A program made the translations under genes and the position numbers. Of a stretch of 53,669 nucleotides of DNA, positions 1-9,628 are shown piece after piece. The notes beneath the pieces are model-generated. The model did no database searches. It was not told the origin of the DNA and saw nothing but the letters and a program-made list of their open reading frames with translations. The stretch's first letter is position 1; each line of letters starts with the position of its first letter. This DNA is from an uncultured delta proteobacterium (GTDB lineage Bacteria; Desulfobacterota; Syntrophia; Syntrophales; UBA2192), in the NCBI GenBank assembly GCA_963705165.1, contig CAVPJD010000010.1, forward strand, positions 1 through 53,669, in the 5' to 3' direction.

Positions 1-1
1 G

Positions 2-25
2 AAAGGGCCCTCCCGAAGGAGGGCC
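2..25 (-). terminator. Intrinsic terminator-like hairpin downstream of fdnI
   Basis: Minus strand GGCCCTCC-TTCG-GGAGGGCC (8-bp stem, C(UUCG)G loop) followed by CTTTC at the window edge. Confidence 0.7.
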
Positions 26-44
26 ATTCCCCGCTGGGAGCGTT

Positions 45-719
45 CTATCCGTGTCCGTGGGCGGAGGGTTTCTTTTCCTCGCCGTAGACGATGAGCGTTC
101 CCTTATGCTCCATCTCCTTGAGCCACTTGGGGTGCTGCTTCTTGGCCCAGCCGCGCGTGACCCAGCCGGTGATCATGGCCTGGAAGGAGCCGGGGTTGCC
201 GATCGTCCCCAGGTAGATGTGGACGAAGAAGAAGGCAAACAGCGTCACAAACCCCACGGCGTGCAGCGTGTACATCCAGCGGGTGAGCGACATGGGCAGG
301 ATCTGGAACATCATGAGAAGTCCCGTGACCAGCATCATGGGCCCGCAGAGGGCCACGGCGATGAAGAACATCTTCTGCCCCGGGTTGTACTTGCCGCTCT
401 CGGGCGGGTGCTCCACGTGCCAGAGGTAGCCCCCGGCGCACTTGATCCACTCGAGGTCCTCGGGCATCTCGATCACTCCGGCCTCCTTCCACCACATGGA
501 TATGGCGAAGATCAGCGAGAAGCCGAACACGAGGCCCGTCAGGTTGTGGATGTATTTCAGGTTTTTCATTCCGCCGAGAATCGTCCCGATGAAGTTCAGC
601 GATGTGAACATCATTCCCAGCCCCGTGAGGAACAGGATGATACAGGAGATCGCCATCGTCCAGTGGACGATCCGCTCAAAGGCATCCGTTGCTTGAATCA
701 TTCCAGGTTTCATGGTCAT
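45..719 (-). CDS. fdnI: Formate dehydrogenase gamma subunit (cytochrome b)
   Basis: ERIVHW, YIHN, GKYNPGQK, LHAVG, FVHIY heme-b motifs; 4 TM segments; start overlaps fdnH stop. Confidence 0.93.
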   Translation of the reverse strand: MTMKPGMIQATDAFERIVHWTMAISCIILFLTGLGMMFTSLNFIGTILGGMKNLKYIHNLTGLVFGFSLIFAISMWWKEAGVIEMPEDLEWIKCAGGYLWHVEHPPESGKYNPGQKMFFIAVALCGPMMLVTGLLMMFQILPMSLTRWMYTLHAVGFVTLFAFFFVHIYLGTIGNPGSFQAMITGWVTRGWAKKQHPKWLKEMEHKGTLIVYGEEKKPSAHGHG

Positions 720-1519
720 TCACCCCCTTCCTTCTTTCCTGCCTCGGCATCGTCGTAGGGCAGCTTGGGCCCCTTGATCAGGTAGTGCAGGAACGAGCCC
801 ACCAGGATGCCGCCTGCCGCAAGCAGCGAGACCGGCTTGAGAAAGTCTTTCCAGACGAGGATCGACAGCGGCACCGAAGGGCTCTTGGGTAGCGCGTCGT
901 AGACCTCCGGTTTCTCGCTCAGGATATAGAGCACGTGCGTTCCGCCGACGAACCGGTCGCCGTAGACGTTGGCATCCCCGCCCAGCGTCTGCACGCGCTT
1001 GGCGGCCGCCTTGAGTATCGTGTCCTTGCGGCCGATCGTGAGAGCACCCGTCGGGCAGGACTTGACGCAGGAGGGCTGCTGATCGGCCTGAAGCCGGCTC
1101 TGGCAGAGGTCGCATTTGGTAATCCGGTCTTTTGCCCCGTCGTACTTGGGGACCTCGAAGGGGCAGGCCGCCACACAGTTCTTGCAGCCGATGCAGAGGT
1201 GCTCCTTCAACCCGACGGAGCCGAACTCCGTGTAGTGGAGCGCCCCCGATGGGCAGACCTTCACGCAGGCCGCATCGGTGCAGTGCATGCAGCCGTCTTT
1301 TCTGAACAGCCACTTCAAATTACCCTTCTGGTCCACATGCTCCTGGAAGCGGATGAGCGTCCAGGTGTTCCACTGCAGATCGGGAGGGTTCTGATAACTG
1401 CCGAAATTCCGCGTTCTCTTGCCGGGCATCTCATTCCACTGCTTGCACGCGATCTGGCAGCCGCGGCAGGCGGTGCATCTCGTCGTATCGATCAGCTTTA
1501 CGATTTCCGTAGCCTGCAT
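716..1519 (-). CDS. fdnH: Formate dehydrogenase beta (Fe-S) subunit with C-terminal membrane anchor
   Basis: CTACRGCQIAC, CMHCTDAACVKVCP, CIGCKNCVAACP, KCDLC...PSCVKSCP; C-terminal TM helix. Confidence 0.95.
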   Translation of the reverse strand: MQATEIVKLIDTTRCTACRGCQIACKQWNEMPGKRTRNFGSYQNPPDLQWNTWTLIRFQEHVDQKGNLKWLFRKDGCMHCTDAACVKVCPSGALHYTEFGSVGLKEHLCIGCKNCVAACPFEVPKYDGAKDRITKCDLCQSRLQADQQPSCVKSCPTGALTIGRKDTILKAAAKRVQTLGGDANVYGDRFVGGTHVLYILSEKPEVYDALPKSPSVPLSILVWKDFLKPVSLLAAGGILVGSFLHYLIKGPKLPYDDAEAGKKEGGE

Positions 1520-1529
1520 AGCCTCTCTC

Positions 1530-4500
1530 CTATATCTTCGTCACGTTGACCATGAATGCCTTGTACTCGGGGCAGAACGTGTTGGCATCGCCGACGGTGG
1601 GCGTCAGGAAGTTCGTGCTGTCTCCGCCGTCCTTGGGGTGCAGCCAGCCGTAATTGAAGGGCAGGCCGACCTGGTGGACCGTCTTGCCCTCGACGAGGAA
1701 AGGCCGGAACCGCTTCGTCACCATGGCGACGCACTCCACGTTGCCGCGCACGGAGTACACCCGGACCCGCTGGCCGTTCTCGATGCCCTTTTCCTTGGCC
1801 AGGAGATCTCCGATCTCGACGTAGAGCTCCGGCATCGCCTCCAGGAGCCAGGCCTGCCATCTCGTGAGGGCGCCCGAACACCAGTGCTCCGTGCAGGAGT
1901 ACGTGGTGCAGACATAGGGGAATTTCGCATCGGCATTGGCCACCTTGTCCAGGTCGCTGTTGAAGATCTGGATGGCCGGGTTGATGAGCTGGCCGGAAAG
2001 GGGATTCTTGCTGAGCGGTCCTTCCAGGGGCTCGTAATGTTCCGGGAAGGGACCCTCGGCCATCCCGGGGCCGAAGAGGGCGCCCAGGCCGTCCTGTTTC
2101 ATGATGAAGGGGAATTTTCCTTTCTCCCTGTCCGCCTGGGGCGGCCATGGCCCGTCGGGAACGTCGCCGACCCAAGTGTCACCGGTCCACTCGAGCAGTT
2201 TTCTCTTGGGGTTGTAGGGCTTTCCGTTAAGATCGCAGGAGGCCCGGTTGTAGAGGATGCGGCGATTCACCGGCCAGGCATAGGACCAGTTGGGGTAGAG
2301 GCCGAGGCCCGTGGGGTCCTCCTTACCTCGCTTGGCCATCTTGTTCACGCCGGCGGCATCGAAGCTCCCGGCCATGACCCAGTTTCCGCTTGCCGTGGAG
2401 CCGTCGTCGGCGAGCATGCCAAAGGAGGGAACAAGCTGCCCTTTTTTGAATTCCGTCCTGGTTCCCTTGGCCTTGTCCTCAATGATCGTGTCCTTGAGGA
2501 AGTAGCCGTTGATCTGACGCGCGACCTTCAGGGAATCGAACCGGCCCTTCGAATCTTTGTAGTCCCACTTCACGTTCAGGATGGCTTCTGGATGCACGCC
2601 CCCTTCCTTGGCATAGAGGGCCCTGACGGCATCGAGGATCTTGATCGTGATCTCCCCGACGGGGATCGCGTCGTCGGGAGACTCGGCGGCCTTGTACTTC
2701 CACTGGACCCAGCGGCCGCTGTTGCTCTGGCTGCCCTCCTTTTCCATGGAGGCCGAGGCGGGGAGGAGGAAGACCTCCGTCTTGACCTTCGCGGGGTCCA
2801 CGCCGGGGCCCTTCCAGAAGCAGTAGGTTTCGTTGTCGAAGATGTTCTCGCCGACGAGCCAGTCCAGGTTCTCGAGGGCCTTCCGGACCTTGGTCGTGTT
2901 CGGGGAGCTGACCGCCGGGTCGGTGCCGACGGCGAAGAGGCCCTTGATCTTTCCTTTATACATCTCGTCGAAGAGATGCATCAGGGAGGCCGCCTTTCCG
3001 TCGTCGAGCTTGGGAAGCCAGGAGTAGCAGAAGCCGTTTTCGGCCGTTGCCTTGTCCCCGAAGAGCGCTTTGAGGAAGCTGACCGTGAACTTGGGGTAGT
3101 TCTGATAATAATTCGCCGACTGGGGATCGGTGGACTTAGGCGTGTTCTTCTCGATGTATTTCGCCAGCGTGTCCTGGGATGCCGCGGGCGTCTTCAGGTA
3201 GCCGGGCAAAATGTTATAGAGGATCGCGTGATCCGTGGAACCCTGAACGTTGGGCTCGCCGCGAAGCGCATTCACGCCGCCGCCGCAGATTCCCATGTTG
3301 CCCAGCAGAAGCTGGACGAGGGACATGGTCCGGATGATCTGGCTTCCCGTCGTGTGATGGGTCCACCCCAGGGCGTAGCAGACCGTCCCGGCCTTGTCCT
3401 TCACGCCCGTGGCGCAATAGGCGTCATAGACTTTCTGGATCTCTTCCTTGGTCACGCCGGTGACGCTGGAGACCTTCTCCAGCGTATACCGGGAGTAGTG
3501 CTTTTTCATAAGCTGGTAGACGCATTGCGGGTCGGTAAGGGTCATGTCCCGCTTGGGGATCCCCTTGCCGTCCTTCTCGAAGACCCAGGTGTCCTTGCTG
3601 TACTTTTTCGTCTTCGGGTCATACCCCGAGAAAAGGCCGTCCTTGAAGTAGTAATCCTTGCCGACGATGAAGGAGGCGTTGGTGTAGTTCAGGACGTACT
3701 CCCGGAACTCCTTCTTGTTGTTGAGGATGTAATGGATCATTCCGCCGATGAAGGCGATGTCCGTCCCGGATCGCAGGGGGACATGGAAATCGCAACGGGC
3801 CGATGTGCGAGTGTAGCGGGGATCGACATGGACGATCGTCGCCCCCTGGTCTTTTGCCCTCAGGATCCACTTGAAGGCGATGGGGTGATGCTCCGCCGCG
3901 TTGCTTCCCATGATCAGGATGCAATCGCTGTTCTTCAGATCGATGTAGTGGTTCGTCATCGAACCGCGCCCGAACGACTCTCCCAGAGCCGCTACCGAGG
4001 GGCTGTGTCAGACCCGGGCCTGGTGGTCGATGTAGATAAGCCCCATCGATCGGCACGAAACGCTCATCAGCCAGCACTCTTCGTTGTCCACGTTGGAGCT
4101 GCCGAGATGGCCGATCGACTCGCAGCGGTTAACGATTTCGCCCTTGCTGTTCTTTTCAACGAAGCCCTTGTCGCGTGTGTCTTTCACGAGACGGGCGATC
4201 CTCTCGAGGGCCCAGTCCCAGTTCTTTTCTTCCCAGCGGTCGCTCATGGGGGCCCGGTAGAGGACCTTGCGAAGCCTGTACTTGTTGGCCTCGGTGAGAT
4301 CGAAGAAGCCGGCGCCCTTGGCGCAGAGCGAGCCCTCGTTGATCGGGTGTTCGGGGTCCCCTTCGATGTTGAAGATCTTTCCCGTGTTCCTGTCGACGCT
4401 GCAGATCAGGCCGCAGCCCACGGAGCAGTAGCAGCAGACCGTGGTGACCTGCCTTGCCGTCATCACGCGCTGCATCTTGTTGATCTCGGCGGCGTAAGCC

Positions 4501-4595
4501 TTCGCCGGACCCAGATTCACGCCCAGGGAGGACAGCGCAACACCCGATCCCAGGGCGCCCGAAAGGGTTAAAAAGCCTCTCCTCGTGATCTCCAT
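1530..4595 (-). CDS. fdnG: Formate dehydrogenase alpha subunit, selenocysteine-containing (1021 aa with UGA=Sec at 4008-4010)
   Basis: ORFs 4008-4595 and 1530-3959 are in the same frame and join as DHQARV-U-HSPSVAALGESFGRGSMTNH; Tat signal TRRGFL; CCYCSVGC Fe-S motif; ALRGEPNVQG. Confidence 0.95.
3973..3993 (-). promoter_or_regulatory. Bacterial SECIS-like hairpin
   Basis: AGCGGCUCU-GGG-AGAGUCGUU stem-loop starting 15 nt after the in-frame UGA, G-rich apical loop. Confidence 0.75.
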
Positions 4596-4610
4596 ATGAA
4601 CCTACCTCCT

Positions 4611-4673
4611 CCGGCATATGACAATCTTGATATATGTCAGGCGTGACATAGTCCATTTTGCTGTTGTTGTCAA
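4611..4673 (-). promoter_or_regulatory. fdnG promoter with downstream pseudo-palindromic operator
   Basis: TTGACA(4668-4673)-17 nt-TATGTC, then CCTGACATATA-N10-CATATGCCGG abutting the AGGAGG SD. Confidence 0.6.
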
Positions 4674-4822
4674 TCGAAATCCGAGGGGAAAAGGAGGGAA
4701 AATCGAAGAGCATGGATTGCTATGAATGCCGCTCAGGGAGCGGGTTTGATAACCGCAGCGTTGCAGAATCCTATGCTAAGGAAAGCACAGGAAAGCAGGG
4801 CAAAAGCACGATGCCGCTGAGG

Positions 4823-5707
4823 TCAAAAAGCATTCCATTCACACCAGGTCATGGGAGTAAATCCCTTTTCCTGCATGATGAGGTCGAGGTGGATAAGACT
4901 CATGGCCGACACGTCGCGGTCATGATCGCCCATATCGCTGATTTGGTTCAGTGTGATCAGGTAACGCTTGCAGGAATTGCAGGTGAAGGCCGTCTCCTGC
5001 CGCCTGTCTTCCACGTAGAAATAGTCCAGCCCGCTCGGGCTTTCCTGCTCGCAGCCGGGACAAAACATTCTGCTGAAGCGCCACTCGTGGCCGCACCGGG
5101 AACAGTGCAGCCAGCGCTGCGGGATTTTCTCCCGGATGACGGCGATCGTCGGGTGGGCGCCACAGACCGGGCAATATCCCTTTTCCCAGCCCATCCCCTC
5201 GATGTGCTCGCCGATTCCATTCGACTTTGCCTGGAGAATGATCCTCGTCACAGCACCCAGCATAAGCCCGATAGCCTGGCGCTTGATGGTCGCTCCGTTC
5301 GACCATCGATTTACGGCTGTCTCGACGCTGCCGGGAAAGTCCGTAAACGCATCGAACAGCCGGATGTCGCCCGCCTTCATCTTCCCCTCTAGCTTCGCCA
5401 CATCCTCTCCGAGGGCCGGGAATCCCTCCCTCATCGCCGATAGCACCGCAAGCCCGATCTTCTCCCAGGGGTCGTCTTTGAGAAAAAGGGGAGTCTGACC
5501 GATGCAAGGAATCCCCTGCCGGAGTTTCTCCCCGTCGATCGATGAGAGGTCTGCGGATTTCAGTTTTAATTCGTCGATCAGGCGCTCCCTGACCAGGAAA
5601 AGGGGTTTGAAGGCCGTGATGATTTCTTTGCTGTGGGGGCTTTTCCCGATGATGTCATTGATGATGCCTTCCACTCGGGAGGCCTTTCGATCCGGTTTTT
5701 TTGTCAC
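4823..5707 (-). CDS. fdhE: Formate dehydrogenase accessory protein FdhE
   Basis: WEKGYCPVCG, LHCSRCGHEW, CPGC, CNSCKRYL, LIHLDLIMQEKGF; next to fdnG. Confidence 0.9.
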   Translation of the reverse strand: MTKKPDRKASRVEGIINDIIGKSPHSKEIITAFKPLFLVRERLIDELKLKSADLSSIDGEKLRQGIPCIGQTPLFLKDDPWEKIGLAVLSAMREGFPALGEDVAKLEGKMKAGDIRLFDAFTDFPGSVETAVNRWSNGATIKRQAIGLMLGAVTRIILQAKSNGIGEHIEGMGWEKGYCPVCGAHPTIAVIREKIPQRWLHCSRCGHEWRFSRMFCPGCEQESPSGLDYFYVEDRRQETAFTCNSCKRYLITLNQISDMGDHDRDVSAMSLIHLDLIMQEKGFTPMTWCEWNAF

Positions 5708-5920
5708 GTACTTGCTCCTTGTCCGGTTCTTCCAAGCATCGGTCTGATCTCACGTTTTCTCGATCCGTACTGCGCAGGCCTTGTGCTCTGCCGTCTTCAG
5801 AGGATGCAGCGGCCGAAGTCGCGGACGATGAAGGGGTTGGCTTGCCCGCTATCAGCGCGCGGGGCCTTTGACCTCCACGAGGCGAATCCGACAGGCGCCG
5901 GAGGGTGCAAGGCCCTTCGT

Positions 5921-5984
5921 CTAACGATATATCAAATATGGCATATGCCGGAAATGGCTTAATACAGGACCGGCAGGATGTCAA
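5921..5984 (-). promoter_or_regulatory. Putative fdhE promoter with a second copy of the operator
   Basis: TTGACA(5979-5984)-17 nt-TAAGCC followed by CCGGCATATG-N6-TTGATATAT, the same motif as at 4611-4635. Confidence 0.55.
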
Positions 5985-6186
5985 TATTTTTTGCGGCCAT
6001 TGAGGATGGAGGCCCCGGAAGAGAATTGGGCCCTTCACCTATGTTATTCAAAACTTATGCTTGATGAAGGCCCGTGGAATTGATAGGTTGGGTTCGAACG
6101 GGTCTCCCGTTTCACCCTCGTTCCAAAATGCGGGAATCTTTGTTGATGACAAGGGGACTATCAGCCCGACCCCGAGGACCGATTTC

Positions 6187-6525
6187 ATGAAAATCCGGTA
6201 TAAGATCTGGCTTGAAAAAGACGGGAAGGTCATCTTCGGAAAGGGCCGGGATGAAATGTTCCGGGCAATCCTGGAGTGCAAGAGTCTTCAGGCGGCGGCA
6301 AAAGAACTGAAGATGTCCTATCGTGCCGCCTGGGGGCGGCTCAAGGCTTCCGAGGAGCGCCTGGGTATCAAGCTCGTGGAGAGCGACGGGGCGAAAAAAA
6401 GCCTACGCCTGACGGCAGAAGCCAAAGAGTTGCTGGAGCAATACGAGCAGTTCGAAAAGGACTTGAACGCTTTTCTGCAGAAGAAGTCGAAAGCCCTCGG
6501 GTGGGACAAGGACGTGAAAAACTAA
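6187..6525 (+). CDS. ModE-family winged-helix regulator (N-terminal domain only, 112 aa)
   Basis: KIWLEKDGKVIFGKGR...SLQAAAKELKMSYRAAWGRLKASEERLG; no TOBE/mop domain; ATG 6187 preferred. Confidence 0.85.
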   Translation: MKIRYKIWLEKDGKVIFGKGRDEMFRAILECKSLQAAAKELKMSYRAAWGRLKASEERLGIKLVESDGAKKSLRLTAEAKELLEQYEQFEKDLNAFLQKKSKALGWDKDVKN

Positions 6526-6654
6526 GACCTGCCCGGCCAGGGATGTCTACGCCGCACGCGCAGGGTACGCGCACCCCTCAAACCGATCCCTCCGTTTCCG
6601 GATGCCCGGTTTCCGACGCGGGGAGTCCCCAATCGAAGGCCTTCCTTCCATCCG

Positions 6655-7263
6655 TTACTTCAGTTTTTCCAGTTCCCGGATGAGCACCTCGAGTGGCGGG
6701 CGTTTGTTGATATTGTGAACGTCGATGTAGCGGATGACGCCCGCTTTGTCGATAACGAAAAGAGCCCGCTCGGAGGTCCCGTCGAAGCGGAGCACCCCGT
6801 AGGTCTCGGCAACCTTCCCGTGGGGGTAGAAGTCCGAAAGCACCGGGAACCAGAGCTTGCCCATCTGGTTCGTCCAGGCGTAGAGGGTGGGGATGTTGTC
6901 CACGGTGATCCCCAGCAGTACGGCGTCGTTCTTGTCAAAGAGGTCCTTAACGATGTTGTAGCCCGGCCACTGATCCGAACAGACGGGGGTCCATGCGGCG
7001 GGGACGAAGGAAAGCACGACGTTCTTCTTGCCCCGGTACTGGCTCAGGGTGACCTTCTGGCCTGCGATGGAGGGCAGCATGAAATCAGGCGCCATGTCGC
7101 CGACTTTCACCTTGAGGACGCTGTCGACGGGTTTGAGCTCCCCGGTCGAGTAGATGTTGTCCTTGTAGGCCTCGGAGTGCGTCTGGGCCCAGGCCGGGAC
7201 ACTCAGGGCCAGAATGAACATGACCATGAGCGCCATCATGATGAGAGCGGTTTTTTTCGTCAT
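6655..7263 (-). CDS. Exported AhpC/TSA (AhpE-like) peroxiredoxin
   Basis: Signal peptide ending AWA; VGDMAPDF, FVPAAWTPVCS (PxxxTxxC), SERALFVID. Confidence 0.8.
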   Translation of the reverse strand: MTKKTALIMMALMVMFILALSVPAWAQTHSEAYKDNIYSTGELKPVDSVLKVKVGDMAPDFMLPSIAGQKVTLSQYRGKKNVVLSFVPAAWTPVCSDQWPGYNIVKDLFDKNDAVLLGITVDNIPTLYAWTNQMGKLWFPVLSDFYPHGKVAETYGVLRFDGTSERALFVIDKAGVIRYIDVHNINKRPPLEVLIRELEKLK

Positions 7264-7273
7264 GGCGGCCTCC

Positions 7274-7843
7274 TTATCGTCCGGCTGATTTCTTGAGCGT
7301 TTCCAGGAATGCCGGGATCTCCCCGAACCCTCCCAGCTTGGCGTAGGATATCTCCTGGGTCCCGTCCGGCTTGAGCCTGACGGCGATGAAGAAGGGCGTC
7401 CTCACCTCGCCGCACTTCTTGTGGATGTCGTAATCCGGGTCGGGGAAGACGGGGAAGGGCACATTATAGCGCTTCCGGAAGACCTCCACCTCGTAGGCGG
7501 AGTTGCCGGCTCCGATCCCGATGATCTTGATCTTGCCTTTCGCCGCGGGGTCTTTCTCGATGGCCTCGTAGAGCTGGTTCACGAGGGGGGCCTCCTTCTG
7601 GCAGAAGGGGCAGTACATGCTGAGGATCTCGATCAGGACGAGGTTTGCCTTGATGTCGGCCATCTTGAAGGTCTTGCCCCAGCCCGAAAGGCCGAGGTAG
7701 GTCCGGTCGGCACGTTCGGCCGGGACCGGGAGCGTGAAGTCGAAAAGCTTCTCTCCCGGTTTGGGCTGATCGGCCGCCAACACGGGTTGCGCGATGACTA
7801 ACGAAAGCGCAAGGACGATGGATAACAGGAAGTATTTTTTCAT
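7274..7843 (-). CDS. Exported TlpA-like thioredoxin-fold disulfide reductase
   Basis: Signal peptide MKKYFLL...VLA; YCPFC active site; VRTP cis-Pro loop; SD GGGAGG. Confidence 0.8.
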   Translation of the reverse strand: MKKYFLLSIVLALSLVIAQPVLAADQPKPGEKLFDFTLPVPAERADRTYLGLSGWGKTFKMADIKANLVLIEILSMYCPFCQKEAPLVNQLYEAIEKDPAAKGKIKIIGIGAGNSAYEVEVFRKRYNVPFPVFPDPDYDIHKKCGEVRTPFFIAVRLKPDGTQEISYAKLGGFGEIPAFLETLKKSAGR

Positions 7844-8417
7844 GGTGTTCCTCCCATAAGCCGGATGAGTCCGGTACATTGATTCATAACAGAAAAACCC
7901 GGGGGGGTCAAAGCCATCAAGGAATCTGGACCCAAAGCCTCGCATGAGAGGCTGCTCAGAGCAATTGTCCCTTGACATTCTGTCAAAAATGACATAAGGA
8001 AGGCGGCGGCTTGAGAAGCGTAGAATGTTTCGGTCTCCAACAGCAGGATTACTGAAAGCATGCTGACATGGGGGAAGGGAGATTTTGTAATGCTTGAAAG
8101 CCGAGAGGAGAATGAGGTTCCGCTTGACTTTAGTGCAGAAATAACGTATGGAACCGACTCATTCAATCTGCCTATTCTATGCTCTCTCACTGTAAGCGAC
8201 CGGCTCTCTTTTCGACTTGCTGACTCGACGCTTGGGCTTCGCCATTCGGCCGCTCGCGTACCCCGTTCTTGATAATTGCTGTCTCCGATGCGCTAACGCC
8301 TCGCTGCAGGTCTGCCTGCAGCCTGACAGGAGCGGAACTGTATCGAAACGAAACCCCGAAGTATGGGGAGCGTGATAAACAAGGCACCACAATGGTTTTT
8401 TCGTGAAAGGGGGTTCT

Positions 8418-9608
8418 ATGGGGAAAGACGATTACAACAAAACGGTGAGTCGGCAGTACAACCGGCTGTTGGAGCAGTGCAAGGTCCACATGGACCACTT
8501 CGAGAAGGAGTATCCTGCGCCGCGGGAAGACTTCCAGGCACTGCTGAAAGAGCGCGGGGTATCGAGGCGGGATTTCCTCAAGTGGACATCCTTCATGACG
8601 GCAGCCCTTATGCTGCCGCCCATCTTCGAGCCCATGGTGGCAAGGGCCGCCGAGAACTTCAGCCGCCTGCCTGTTGTCTGGCTCCACTTCGCCGAGTGCA
8701 CGGGCTGCAGCGAGTCCCTTCTGCGCTCGTCCTACCCGAACGTCGATGACATCCTGCTGGAGACCATCTCGCTCGAGTACCACGAGACGATCATGGCCGC
8801 TGCAGGCGACCAGGCCGAGAAATGCCTCGAGCAGGCCCTCCACGACTTCCCCGGGAAGTTTGTCTGTGTCATCGAAGGGGCGATCCCGCAGGGCCTGAAC
8901 GGCCAGTACATGCGCATCGGCCCCAAGGCAGAGACGGGCATCGAGATCGGCAAGAGGGTCACCTCCAAGGCCGCGGCGACGATCGCCATCGGCGCATGCG
9001 CCGTCTGGGGAGGCATCCCTGCGGCCCGGCCCAACCCCACCGACGCGGTAGGCGTGAGCAAGGCGCTGGGCATCTCCACGGTGAACCTCGCAGGCTGCCC
9101 CCCCAACACGGTCAACTTTACGGGGACTCTTCTGTACTTCCTGCTGTTCGGCGCTCTGCCGGCCCTCGATTCGCAGGGCAGGCCTGTCTGGGCCTACGGG
9201 AAACGCATCCACGACTTCTGCGAGCGGCGCGCGCACTACGACGCGGGTGAGTTTGTGGACCAGTGGGGCGACGAGGGCGCCCGGAAGGGATGGTGCCTCT
9301 ACAAGGTCGGCTGCAAGGGCCCTTACGCCTTCGCCAACTGCTCGCACCTGCGCTTCAATGACGGCATTTCCTGGCCCGTCATGGCGGGGCATGGCTGCAT
9401 CGGCTGCACGGAAATCGGGTTCTGGGACACCATGGCGCCCCTGGAGAAACCCATCCAGGCGGCCACAATCGGTGGCGGGGAGAGGACCGTCGACGACATC
9501 GGCATCATGCTGACGGCGGTGACCGTGGCGGGCGTTGCCGCGCACGGTTTGTTCAGCGCGCTGCGTCACGGCCGGTTCCGACAAAAAAGACGAAACCCCC
9601 CACAATGA
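8418..9608 (+). CDS. hydA: [NiFe] hydrogenase small subunit, Tat-exported, membrane anchored
   Basis: SRRDFLK; WLHFAECTGCSESLLRS; GCPP; HDFCERR...WCLYKVGCKGP; WPVMAGHGCIGC; C-terminal TM with His. Confidence 0.95.
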   Translation: MGKDDYNKTVSRQYNRLLEQCKVHMDHFEKEYPAPREDFQALLKERGVSRRDFLKWTSFMTAALMLPPIFEPMVARAAENFSRLPVVWLHFAECTGCSESLLRSSYPNVDDILLETISLEYHETIMAAAGDQAEKCLEQALHDFPGKFVCVIEGAIPQGLNGQYMRIGPKAETGIEIGKRVTSKAAATIAIGACAVWGGIPAARPNPTDAVGVSKALGISTVNLAGCPPNTVNFTGTLLYFLLFGALPALDSQGRPVWAYGKRIHDFCERRAHYDAGEFVDQWGDEGARKGWCLYKVGCKGPYAFANCSHLRFNDGISWPVMAGHGCIGCTEIGFWDTMAPLEKPIQAATIGGGERTVDDIGIMLTAVTVAGVAAHGLFSALRHGRFRQKRRNPPQ

Positions 9609-9628
9609 ATAGGCCGAGGAGGTGAGCC

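Noticed and set aside
4008..4010. fdnG as a pseudogene or two separate genes
   Set aside because: The stop is UGA at the catalytic Sec position, with in-frame continuation and a downstream hairpin
1419..4571. 1050-aa plus-strand ORF
   Set aside because: Antisense shadow of fdnG expected from high-GC codon bias; no recognisable motifs
8382..8397. Sigma-54 promoter upstream of hydA (AGGCACCACAATGGT)
   Set aside because: The -12 element is GT rather than GC
9565..9612. Possible frameshift in the hydA tail (the +1 frame gives GSDKKDETPHNE-stop)
   Set aside because: The tail after the anchor helix is variable and both frames stop within 4 nt of each other; undecidable without reads
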